A DNA stretch of 64,000 bases from assembly GCA_018262795.1 (NCBI GenBank), contig JADFDM010000011.1:44143-108142 (forward strand), in the 5' to 3' direction. This DNA comes from Sphingobacteriales bacterium. Lineage in GTDB: Bacteria; Bacteroidota; Bacteroidia; Chitinophagales; LD1. Shown here one piece after another: positions 48,351 through 57,937 of the stretch. The position numbers and the translations under genes are program-made. A model generated the notes under the pieces. The model searched no databases. It saw only the letters and a program-made list of their open reading frames with translations, and had not been told where the DNA came from. How positions within the stretch are numbered: the first letter of the stretch is position 1; every line of letters starts with the position of its first letter.

Positions 48351-48405
48351 TTTCTTTCAAAAAACAGGCGAAGAACAAGTGCTGGTAAGGGTTTCAGCAA
48401 AATCA

Positions 48406-51400
48406 CTTGTAACCTGTCTGTGAAAGAACTGAATCTGAAAGCAAATCACAACCCTACTATCGCGCTAAAGTTTCCATAAGTCCTTGTAACCTGTCTGTGA
48501 AAGAACTGAATCTGAAAGCAAATCACAACCACCGGATATAAGCACGTTACAACCTGCCCCTTGTAACCTGTCTGTGAAAGAACTGAATCTGAAAGCAAAT
48601 CACAACGTCTATCACTTGTTGAATATCTGTGTAAAACTTGTAACCTGTCTGTGAAAGAACTGAATCTGAAAGCAAATCACAACCGTTCAACTATCGGGTC
48701 TCCAACTCCTGTGCTTGTAACCTGTCTGTGAAAGAACTGAATCTGAAAGCAAATCACAACAAAAGGTAAGTCGTTAACTGCGGAAGAGCCTTGTAACCTG
48801 TCTGTGAAAGAACTGAATCTGAAAGCAAATCACAACCAGAACGCAATAAGGCAGTTAGCAGGTTTGCTTGTAACCTGTCTGTGAAAGAACTGAATCTGAA
48901 AGCAAATCACAACACAATGTGTTAGGCACGTATAACGCTTCTGCTTGTAACCTGTCTGTGAAAGAACTGAATCTGAAAGCAAATCACAACATTGCTGAAT
49001 TACAATCACAATGCAAATATCTTGTAACCTGTCTGTGAAAGAACTGAATCTGAAAGCAAATCACAACATAAAACAAAAAGCAATGGCAAAGATTATCCTT
49101 GTAACCTGTCTGTGAAAGAACTGAATCTGAAAGCAAATCACAACTTTATACCTAAAGTTGTTTCGCTTGCCGTACTTGTAACCTGTCTGTGAAAGAACTG
49201 AATCTGAAAGCAAATCACAACAACAACTTGCTTTTGCAAATCATATCTTGAACTTGTAACCTGTCTGTGAAAGAACTGAATCTGAAAGCAAATCACAACT
49301 GGTTCTTTGCGTTTGAAAGTATAATGATGCTTGTAACCTGTCTGTGAAAGAACTGAATCTGAAAGCAAATCACAACCTATAACATTTTTTTGATAAAATT
49401 AAATCACTTGTAACCTGTCTGTGAAAGAACTGAATCTGAAAGCAAATCACAACCACCTGATAACAGGAAGCAAACACCACTCACTTGTAACCTGTCTGTG
49501 AAAGAACTGAATCTGAAAGCAAATCACAACCGGTGCAACGCTTCACCGAATTTTCAAAAACTTGTAACCTGTCTGTGAAAGAACTGAATCTGAAAGCAAA
49601 TCACAACCTTTGCAATGCGGGTCAACATCCCTGTCAGCTTGTAACCTGTCTGTGAAAGAACTGAATCTGAAAGCAAATCACAACCTTAAAGAGCAGGTTG
49701 TAACAGGCATGGGGCTTGTAACCTGTCTGTGAAAGAACTGAATCTGAAAGCAAATCACAACCATTACAATGCGGGTCAACATCCCTGTCAGCTTGTAACC
49801 TGTCTGTGAAAGAACTGAATCTGAAAGCAAATCACAACTAGCAATCTCAAAGGCTACACTCAGGTGGTCTTGTAACCTGTCTGTGAAAGAACTGAATCTG
49901 AAAGCAAATCACAACAGACATGAAGGCATAGAACAAGTAAGACACTTGTAACCTGTCTGTGAAAGAACTGAATCTGAAAGCAAATCACAACTATGGCAAT
50001 AAGTATGGCCGCATAACCCCTCTTGTAACCTGTCTGTGAAAGAACTGAATCTGAAAGCAAATCACAACCCCTCTTTTCATCTTACTTTCGCGCACGTCCT
50101 TGTAACCTGTCTGTGAAAGAACTGAATCTGAAAGCAAATCACAACCAGACCCGCGAGGTTCTGCCGGAGGCGGAGCTTGTAACCTGTCTGTGAAAGAACT
50201 GAATCTGAAAGCAAATCACAACCTACTTTCGCTGCTTGTAGTGTTTGCTTTTCTTGTAACCTGTCTGTGAAAGAACTGAATCTGAAAGCAAATCACAACA
50301 AACAAAAACTATTTCCATTCACTGGCAACCTTGTAACCTGTCTGTGAAAGAACTGAATCTGAAAGCAAATCACAACTAACATCCTCTGATGGAACAATAA
50401 ACATTGCTTGTAACCTGTCTGTGAAAGAACTGAATCTGAAAGCAAATCACAACGACAATCACTGGGCACACTTCTAAGAATGGCTTGTAACCTGTCTGTG
50501 AAAGAACTGAATCTGAAAGCAAATCACAACCTGTGGCTGGACGTTAATAATTGAACTTTTCTTGTAACCTGTCTGTGAAAGAACTGAATCTGAAAGCAAA
50601 TCACAACTTATAGCAAAAGTTACAGGTATGGGAACTTCTTGTAACCTGTCTGTGAAAGAACTGAATCTGAAAGCAAATCACAACCTATCCCAAGTTTCTC
50701 TCATTTCTTGTTTACTTGTAACCTGTCTGTGAAAGAACTGAATCTGAAAGCAAATCACAACTTGCTTAACTTTTTCATGGTGTTTAGTTTTCTTGTAACC
50801 TGTCTGTGAAAGAACTGAATCTGAAAGCAAATCACAACGTTAGTTCTGCTTTCACTTAACGTTATAGTCTTGTAACCTGTCTGTGAAAGAACTGAATCTG
50901 AAAGCAAATCACAACTTCCCCGTTGTAGTTGTCTTTGAAATCAACTTGTAACCTGTCTGTGAAAGAACTGAATCTGAAAGCAAATCACAACTTTTCAGCA
51001 ATCCATCTTTTTGTAAATGTTCTTGTAACCTGTCTGTGAAAGAACTGAATCTGAAAGCAAATCACAACTGTTGATTATCTGCTAATCCATACGTCATACT
51101 TGTAACCTGTCTGTGAAAGAACTGAATCTGAAAGCAAATCACAACATAACACTGTCATCCCAATAAGCAATCCTACTTGTAACCTGTCTGTGAAAGAACT
51201 GAATCTGAAAGCAAATCACAACATTGTTAGATAAGAACATAATAGATTGTGGCTTGTAACCTGTCTGTGAAAGAACTGAATCTGAAAGCAAATCACAACC
51301 AATCTCCCGTATTGCCCCTAAAAACACTGCTTGTAACCTGTCTGTGAAAGAACTGAATCTGAAAGCAAATCACAACGAATACAAAGCGGTATATCTTTTC

Positions 51401-51683
51401 GCTGCACTTGTAACCTGTCTGTGAAAGAACTGAATCTGAAAGCAAATCACAACACAGGGTGGCCTGTGGAGTCACTGCACGCTCTTGTAACCTGTCTGTG
51501 AAAGAACTGAATCTGAAAGCAAATCACAACATATCTTGCGGTATTACTCATTGCAATATTCTTGTAACCTGTCTGTGAAAGAACTGAATCTGAAAGCAAA
51601 TCACAACTAAGTTCAACATGCCATATGTGACAGTCACTTGTAACCTGTCTGTGAAAGAACTGAATCTGAAAGCAAATCACAAC
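48406..51683 (-). CRISPR. CRISPR array with 43 identical 47-nt repeats and 42 spacers
   Basis: The + strand repeat is cttgtaacctgtctgtgaaagaactgaatctgaaagcaaatcacaac. On the minus strand it reads GTTGTGATTTGCTTTCAGATTCAGTTCTTTCACAGACAGGTTACAAG. I located every repeat start by hand (48406, 48483, 48560 ... 51561, 51637). Spacers are 37 of 30 nt, 4 of 29 nt and 1 of 31 nt. Minus-strand transcription is inferred from tracrRNA complementarity. Confidence 0.97.
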
Positions 51684-51783
51684 TTCACTAAATCCGCTAC
51701 CTGAATGAATTAAAATGCGAAAGAACTCAAAGTATGCTTGCCCAACTGATAGGAAAATCTCCGTATAAACCGATTCGCCCTCA

Positions 51784-52137
<354 letters not shown>

Positions 52138-52219
52138 TTATTTTTGTCTTCGGGAGAGCTTTCTACACTACCTCAACAAATAAGCCGGAAACGCTCTCGT
52201 TTATTCACGGCAGCCATAT

Positions 52220-53158
52220 TTATCGGTACCGCTTACTCCTTTCCATTACTTCGAACTTAGGAAACAGTATTTTTTTCACTTCGCCTTCAAAGCATTTGGC
52301 AAGTGTAGCGGTGCTTCGCTGCGCAGCAACAAATAGAGGGCTTTTATCTTTCTCTAACAGCACATCTACCGAAGCCACATTCAGCAATCGGTTTTTGTTT
52401 TCGGTGTTCAATTCGCGGTAGTCTTTTTTCTCTTTTATTAAGCTGCGAACGATGTAATCCACGTAAGGGCGATACGGCTCCATGATATCATCGGCAAGGC
52501 AGTAAGCATTATATCTGTTGCGGTGAAAAATGCCGAGGGTGGGCAGCAGCCCCGACCCCACTAAACTGCGAGCGACAATAGCGCGGATAATAGCATAACC
52601 ATAGTTCAGTAGATGATTCGGAGGCGAGCCATCACGCCTGCGGTAAAAATCCATTTCGGGTGGAAATAAGTTCCTCCAGTAGTAAGCTGCAGCCGTGGCT
52701 TCGGCATTGCCTTTATCGCCACTGCGAATATCCGCTGCTAAAGAAAGCAGCGGGCCGGTATCGGTTTCAAAATATTCCAACACAGCCGCCTGATTCTGAA
52801 TTTTGGCAGCTATGGTCTGCGCCCACAGTTGCTTTTTCATCGGCTCGGTAGCTTCTATCTGTGCTTTGAAGCGTTCGCTTTGTATGCTGTGCCCGTCTAA
52901 GTTGAGCAGCAAGCCCACGGGATGGTGGGTGGCATTGCAAGTGATCACGGCCACATTATTTTCAAGAAGTTTATGGAGAGTGGTTTGGGTGATGGTGATT
53001 TGTTGATGATCTAATACCACCACTCCTACATCTTCTATTGGCACCGTTTTATCTTCCGCATCCTCCATACCGGCAATACCTTTATAGCTCACCACCAATT
53101 GCTCTTGACGAGTTTTCAGATAGGCCGGATTGCCGAAATAAAGGGTGCGCTTGATCAT
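52220..53158 (-). CDS. cas1: CRISPR-associated endonuclease Cas1 (type II)
   Basis: 312 aa beginning MIKRTLYFGNPAYLKTRQEQLVV..., with NHLLNYGYAIIRAIVARSL and GIFHRNRYNAYCLADDIMEPYRP. It starts 6 nt after the cas9 stop. Confidence 0.93.
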   Translation of the reverse strand: MIKRTLYFGNPAYLKTRQEQLVVSYKGIAGMEDAEDKTVPIEDVGVVVLDHQQITITQTTLHKLLENNVAVITCNATHHPVGLLLNLDGHSIQSERFKAQIEATEPMKKQLWAQTIAAKIQNQAAVLEYFETDTGPLLSLAADIRSGDKGNAEATAAAYYWRNLFPPEMDFYRRRDGSPPNHLLNYGYAIIRAIVARSLVGSGLLPTLGIFHRNRYNAYCLADDIMEPYRPYVDYIVRSLIKEKKDYRELNTENKNRLLNVASVDVLLEKDKSPLFVAAQRSTATLAKCFEGEVKKILFPKFEVMERSKRYR

Positions 53159-53164
53159 AAAAGG

Positions 53165-56100
53165 TCATTTAAAACATTCCTCCCCTTTGGCAACTATCTC
53201 ACCTAAGATATTAAGTCGAACCTTGATAACATTTAGCTTGTCATGCGACAATTTAAAAGAACTCAATTTAATACACTTAGAAATTTCTTTAGCACTGGGA
53301 TAAGATTGGGCGTTTGAACTTTTCTTCGTTTTCAAAAGCGAAACATAACCGTATTCATATTCTTTGCCGTTTGTGGTAACAATACTTGAGGAAAGTCCCT
53401 TTACAATATATAATCGCTCTTTCAATTGGGTTACATTTCCCCAGTTGTAATTTTCTTTTTCCTTTTCATCAATATAAAGAGCAACTACATCCCCCTGTTT
53501 GAGCCACTTACAATCTTTATTAATTCCTATTTCATTTTTTTCATCATGATACAATTTACCCCCCTCATAATATAAACCACTATTAGCATTCTTTTTACTT
53601 ACAGCCTTATAGAATGAAATAATCTCAAAACCCCGATTACTTCGCTTGTAGTTTCCCATTTTGTCAAAATTATTTTTATTGTATAGAGCCATTAGAGCAT
53701 TGTTATCATTTTCTACCCATCTATTGTTAAAGATCAGATTATCATCTTCATCTTTAGCGACAAGTTGTATAAGCGATCTATCGGTATTATATCGCTGTCT
53801 TATGGATTTTACAATTGGTAGGGGCTTTCCCTTCTTTTTACTGGTGTGCTTTTCAGGTGTATTAGGGCTTGTTCTATAAAATGGATTCTTTTCCATTTCA
53901 CTTTTAAGAAACGCATTATTACCTAAGGCTTCAAGTCTTTGTCGAGTTATTGAGTAAAGTTCATCATCTGGTATATAATGCCATTTTAATTGCCCTTTTA
54001 CTTTATAGTCAAGATCGTTTGAGTATTTAAATAAAACTTTATCCTTTCTTTGATCATCAAACAATTCAACCCTGCGAACAGTTGTTCCATTTCTTTTACT
54101 ATAAAATGCGTCTTTGTGTAATTTACCTTGTGGAGCATAGGTTTCATGTACTATCACCCCATCCTTGGTTTTAATTCTGTTCTTACGTTTTTTAATCAAT
54201 GTTTGCTTCTCGCTGTGGCTCACTAAAATTGCCGCAATACTTTCTTTTACCTGTTGGTAATCAAAACTTCTTTCAATTTTATCTCTGTTTCTTAAATGCT
54301 TTTGCTCTCGGATAGCGTTGTAAGTACTAAGGTCTTTAATAATTATAGGTGAACAGCAAGCCGTGATAACTGCATCAATTGCGTGATGCCTATGGTCACT
54401 ACGATCTTTCTTACCGCTCTTATCTCTAAACTGTTTGAATTTTTCAAGTTCAAAAAACCAATACAATAAATCATTTCGTGTTTGCTTAATGTATTCGTTC
54501 AGGCTTTTATCCTCTGAAATATTTTTCCAATCAATCTTAAAGTCAGTGGTGTTATACTTCGATTCATACCATTGCTGGTAATCTTTTTTTATCCTGTAGT
54601 AGTTGATATAAATTTCATCCATATTAATGTCAGTTTCTTCCTCGTAACGTATCTTATCCAATAAATTAGAAAGTGTCCAATCATAATTTCTTAGCTCGGA
54701 TGTAGCTGAACCATTGGTAAATTGAACATTTTTGCACACCTCCTGCATTTTAGTTCGGGTGTATTTGGCTATGTATGATGTGTTGCTAATTTGGCTGCTC
54801 GAAAAACCTTCACTTACTGTTTCAGCTAAGAATAATTCCTTTTTCCCATCACCAAAATGGTGATACTTGCTTTTCATTCTTGCTTTAAATGATTGTACCG
54901 CATCTTCTCCTTTTCTACTTAAATATTCGATTGGCGTCATACTGCCCTTTTCAGCGTTAGTAATACTATAAGTTAGGGTTTTGTTATTAAACGAATCATC
55001 CAAGCTTCTACTTAATGGCATGATGTGTTCAATTTCAACATCTGAGCCAAAGCAATCAGTAAGGTTTATTACTGCTCCTGTATATGGGCACCGTCTTCCA
55101 CACTCCAACCAAAGATGGTGCTTAAGTCTATCTTGCTCTTTTGTGATTTTCGAGAAGTTTTTAAACTCAGCTATGAAGAACTCATCTTCTTCGTTCATGT
55201 TCATTTGCAGCCATAACTCATACTTTTTCACTATGGGACTGTTTTTGTAGATGTCATATTTAAAGCCAAGTTTTTCTTTATTGCCCGTTAAATAATCTGC
55301 GTATTGCTGTCTTAACTTGTCTTTATCTGCATTCTTTCTTCTTTCAGCTTCTCTCTCTTGTCTTGGTTTACGCAACTGTCTGGTAGATTCAATCCTTATT
55401 TCAAATGTATTTCTGTCTATTTCGGTTTCATATTTTTTGAGAATTGCATTTACCAGTTTAATGGTCTTCGATAAAGCTCGCTCAACTACAGGATTTCGTA
55501 ACTCCTGATACGCCAGCTGTGATATTTTCTCTTTAATTTGAACTTTCGCACCTACAGTGCCGTCTTCATTTACATAACCTCTCTTTGTTGCAACTAATGC
55601 ATCATGTTCGTTCAACCCATCACGCATAAATGGAAGAATTGCATTTAAAACCTTTGTAGAATAAGACCCATAATCAGACACTAACCCTTTAGCAAGTAAA
55701 CTCTTTACTTGCTCTTCAGTGAAATTCCATTTTGTTGGTTCAGCTAAAACGCACATCAGCCAGTCTTGCTCTTTAAATAAACCATCTTTCGCCATATATA
55801 AATGATGCCATAGGTCAGATAATTGGCTGGTTATTCTCCTTGATTGCATTTGGAACTCACCTTTCTTAATCTTCTGAAATAAATCAGGACCTAAAGCCTC
55901 CTTAAATCCTGCGTAAGTTACATTCCCAATAATTTTAGTTTCATTCTTTTCATCGCTTACTACGTCTTCATCGTTTTTATCAATGAAAAATTCAAATTCC
56001 GCTTCATTTTTTATAAATCCGTTATCCTTTAAAATTTTCCCAAAGTATGGCTTACCCTCCTCTTTAACCTTTTTCGTTCCTTTAAAATATACCTCCATAT

Positions 56101-57277
56101 TATCCATTAGTTCGCTGGCTAAAACTGAGAGCCATTTTTTTTCTAATGATTTTCTGAAAATATCCTGTTCCGGTGCTGAGTACTTTATTTGATGAAGCTT
56201 TTGCCAAATACGGAACTCTTGAAAAAGCGGATGACTCTTAGGGCAGGCTTTCTTTGCTTTCCTTTTCCAAATCCGTTTCTCCTTTACTGTAACATTATCT
56301 CCCTCGACTATTTCAACCTTATCCACATCAAATTGCCCTTTTTCAAATTGACAGTTTGAAACATACTTCTTCTGGGATTTTAAAGGCCTTTGATAATAAA
56401 TGCAATATTCGCGAATATGCCAGTAGTTTGTTTTCTTAAATTCTTTTAGAGCAGCAATTCGTTCCATATACGGTTTCTTCATTATCGCATCGAACTCGGC
56501 TTTACTTCCTGTTAGCTTGTCTGGGAAATATTGTTTTTGTGCAGCCCAAATCATATCAAACTCTTTCAAGTACATGTCCCGTAGAGTATATCTGCCATGA
56601 TGTCGTCTTATACCATTGCTATTGAAGAGTATTATATCGTTTTCATCTCCGTTGTTATAAGCCCTTTCATCAATCGGTTCATTATAGTTATGCCATTTGT
56701 CCTTCTCATAAAGCACTTTTGCCTTTTCGTGCATTTTGAAAAAATACTCCCCAATAGTTTTCGCACCAGATTTATCAATAAGGTGTTGTAGCTTTTCGTA
56801 TTCTGCTTTTACTACTCCTGTTTCTTTAGCGTTCTCCTGAGGATTTTTAGCGTTGCTTTTAAAGCCTCGATATTTATTCAACAACATAAAAATCCTACCA
56901 ATTTCTTCTGCTGGTATTCTATTTTCCGGCTTAATGGCATCCGCTCTCAGTTTGTATAATTCATAAGATTGTCCTTTGCCCTTCGCTTTATGATATAACT
57001 CGTATTTAGGCAGCATGCCTAAATTTTTCAAGGCAATTTTTAAATTTTCTCTTCTTTGCTTAAAGCGATACCTCATTCTGCTTGCACCACGGTAAGCCCT
57101 CCTTTGTTCATTTTTGGTTTTTTCTTTATTGCTTACGTCATCCACAATCGTTCCTATCGGGAAAATGTGAACTCCTGTTTTAATAATCTCAATTCTGCCG
57201 TCCTTAAATTCTTTAAGCAAGCACCAGCCCAAAGAATTTGTTCCAATATCTAGCCCGATTACATGTTTAAATTCCAT
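53165..57277 (-). CDS. cas9: type II-C CRISPR-associated endonuclease Cas9
   Basis: 1370 aa. RuvC-I is GLDIGTNSLGW (D10) and the bridge helix is RRAYRGASRMRYRFKQRR (59-76). RuvC-II is FEIRIESTR (625-633) and HNH is DVEIEHIMPLSRSLDDSFNNKTL (H751, N765). RuvC-III is DHRHHAIDAV (961-970). No csn2 or cas4 gene is in the locus. Confidence 0.95.
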   Translation of the reverse strand: MEFKHVIGLDIGTNSLGWCLLKEFKDGRIEIIKTGVHIFPIGTIVDDVSNKEKTKNEQRRAYRGASRMRYRFKQRRENLKIALKNLGMLPKYELYHKAKGKGQSYELYKLRADAIKPENRIPAEEIGRIFMLLNKYRGFKSNAKNPQENAKETGVVKAEYEKLQHLIDKSGAKTIGEYFFKMHEKAKVLYEKDKWHNYNEPIDERAYNNGDENDIILFNSNGIRRHHGRYTLRDMYLKEFDMIWAAQKQYFPDKLTGSKAEFDAIMKKPYMERIAALKEFKKTNYWHIREYCIYYQRPLKSQKKYVSNCQFEKGQFDVDKVEIVEGDNVTVKEKRIWKRKAKKACPKSHPLFQEFRIWQKLHQIKYSAPEQDIFRKSLEKKWLSVLASELMDNMEVYFKGTKKVKEEGKPYFGKILKDNGFIKNEAEFEFFIDKNDEDVVSDEKNETKIIGNVTYAGFKEALGPDLFQKIKKGEFQMQSRRITSQLSDLWHHLYMAKDGLFKEQDWLMCVLAEPTKWNFTEEQVKSLLAKGLVSDYGSYSTKVLNAILPFMRDGLNEHDALVATKRGYVNEDGTVGAKVQIKEKISQLAYQELRNPVVERALSKTIKLVNAILKKYETEIDRNTFEIRIESTRQLRKPRQEREAERRKNADKDKLRQQYADYLTGNKEKLGFKYDIYKNSPIVKKYELWLQMNMNEEDEFFIAEFKNFSKITKEQDRLKHHLWLECGRRCPYTGAVINLTDCFGSDVEIEHIMPLSRSLDDSFNNKTLTYSITNAEKGSMTPIEYLSRKGEDAVQSFKARMKSKYHHFGDGKKELFLAETVSEGFSSSQISNTSYIAKYTRTKMQEVCKNVQFTNGSATSELRNYDWTLSNLLDKIRYEEETDINMDEIYINYYRIKKDYQQWYESKYNTTDFKIDWKNISEDKSLNEYIKQTRNDLLYWFFELEKFKQFRDKSGKKDRSDHRHHAIDAVITACCSPIIIKDLSTYNAIREQKHLRNRDKIERSFDYQQVKESIAAILVSHSEKQTLIKKRKNRIKTKDGVIVHETYAPQGKLHKDAFYSKRNGTTVRRVELFDDQRKDKVLFKYSNDLDYKVKGQLKWHYIPDDELYSITRQRLEALGNNAFLKSEMEKNPFYRTSPNTPEKHTSKKKGKPLPIVKSIRQRYNTDRSLIQLVAKDEDDNLIFNNRWVENDNNALMALYNKNNFDKMGNYKRSNRGFEIISFYKAVSKKNANSGLYYEGGKLYHDEKNEIGINKDCKWLKQGDVVALYIDEKEKENYNWGNVTQLKERLYIVKGLSSSIVTTNGKEYEYGYVSLLKTKKSSNAQSYPSAKEISKCIKLSSFKLSHDKLNVIKVRLNILGEIVAKGEECFK

Positions 57278-57307
57278 TTGCGTTTGTTTTTTGTTTTATT
57301 AATATTG
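57277..57307 (+). promoter_or_regulatory. candidate Bacteroidota-type promoter for the tracrRNA
   Basis: A -33-like TTTG lies at 57277-57280, overlapping the cas9 ATG complement at 57275-57277. A -7-like TAATATTG lies at 57300-57307, one mismatch to TAnnTTTG, with a 19-nt spacer. The predicted start near 57311 coincides with the start of the anti-repeat. Confidence 0.4.
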
Positions 57308-57310
57308 CTA

Positions 57311-57386
57311 TTGAAAGCTTATCACAACAAGGATTATTCCTTAGGCGATTAAGCCCTGCCCTTGGTTCGTCCCGGGGCTTTTTTTT
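57311..57386 (+). ncRNA. tracrRNA candidate (anti-repeat, nexus-like hairpin, terminator)
   Basis: TTGAAAGCTTATCACAAC (57311-57328) pairs with repeat nt 1-18 (GUUGUGAUUUGCUUUCAG), forming 16 pairs around a 2-nt U/U internal mismatch. It is followed by AAGGA-ttat-TCCTT (57329-57342) and the GC stem AGCCC...GGGCT plus T8 (57352-57386). Confidence 0.75.
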
Positions 57387-57624
57387 ATCCCCCATTCCCC
57401 GCCATTACATATCTTCTACAAATGCACCTCCACCTAAAAGAATAGCATGACCAATTCCGTCAGCCATGTAAAAATATCCGGGGAGTAAAGCCATCATGTT
57501 TTAATTTTTCAGCTAAAATAATTCACCACTGCGCCACCTATTTGCGCGGCATGTAATTGGCGAACGCAGATTGCCTCTTTACACTCGCCTCTCTCACTAC
57601 CCCTCTGTCTTGCTGATTAGATTC

Positions 57625-57655
57625 CAAATATATATTTCCTAGCTGTGAAAACAAA
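57625..57655 (-). promoter_or_regulatory. candidate Bacteroidota-type promoter pointing toward cas9
   Basis: The minus strand has TATATTTG (+ coordinates 57625-57632, an exact TAnnTTTG) with TTTG 19 nt upstream (+ coordinates 57652-57655). It is the only exact -7 box I found in the 660-nt gap upstream of cas9. Confidence 0.3.
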
Positions 57656-57937
57656 AATGAGTTTTAAAAGAATTAGGCGCTGCCCTAAAGTGGCCGCCTC
57701 TTGGCGGTAATGTCGGAAGAGTTAATGGTGTAATGGTTATTCGTTAATCGTTTATTAGAGATACTGCCGGCTATTTACAATAAATTGTTTTGAAGGGAAT
57801 GGTATGATTTTTTGATTGGCTCCAGCGAGATGCCGGCTAATGTGGGATTCAGAAATTTGAAAAGGAGGGAATTTAGAAAGGAGGGAATTCGCTTTCCGTT
57901 TCTTTCCTTTTACTCTTGCGCCACCTTCGCGAAGGTT

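Noticed and set aside
48453-51636. Self-targeting spacers matching elsewhere in this window
   Set aside because: Reading the 42 spacers against the recognisable genes showed no match. A by-eye search of 64 kb is not exhaustive. A computed spacer-versus-genome alignment is required to exclude self-targeting.
49138-51680. Track ORFs inside the CRISPR array (49138-49368, 49860-60, 51139-51327, 51293-51475 and 51447-51680, all on the minus strand)
   Set aside because: Their translations are dominated by the repeated peptide VICFQIQFFHRQVTS / LLSDSVLSQTGYK. That is simply the 47-nt repeat read in two frames, so these are array artefacts rather than genes.
48406-51783. Repeat-internal or leader promoters for crRNAs, as described for Neisseria and Campylobacter II-C arrays
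   Set aside because: I searched the minus-strand repeat and the 100-nt leader for a TAnnTTTG -7 box. I found only near-misses (GTGATTTG in the repeat and TACTTTG in the leader). Nothing is claimed, and dRNA-seq would settle it.
57923-57936. A perfect 14-nt palindrome ACCTTCGCGAAGGT immediately after the stop of the TPR membrane protein gene, considered as its terminator
   Set aside because: On the minus strand, which is the gene's sense, no T-run follows. The T-run is on the + strand side, where no gene precedes it. It may be a weak bidirectional hairpin, and the evidence is insufficient.
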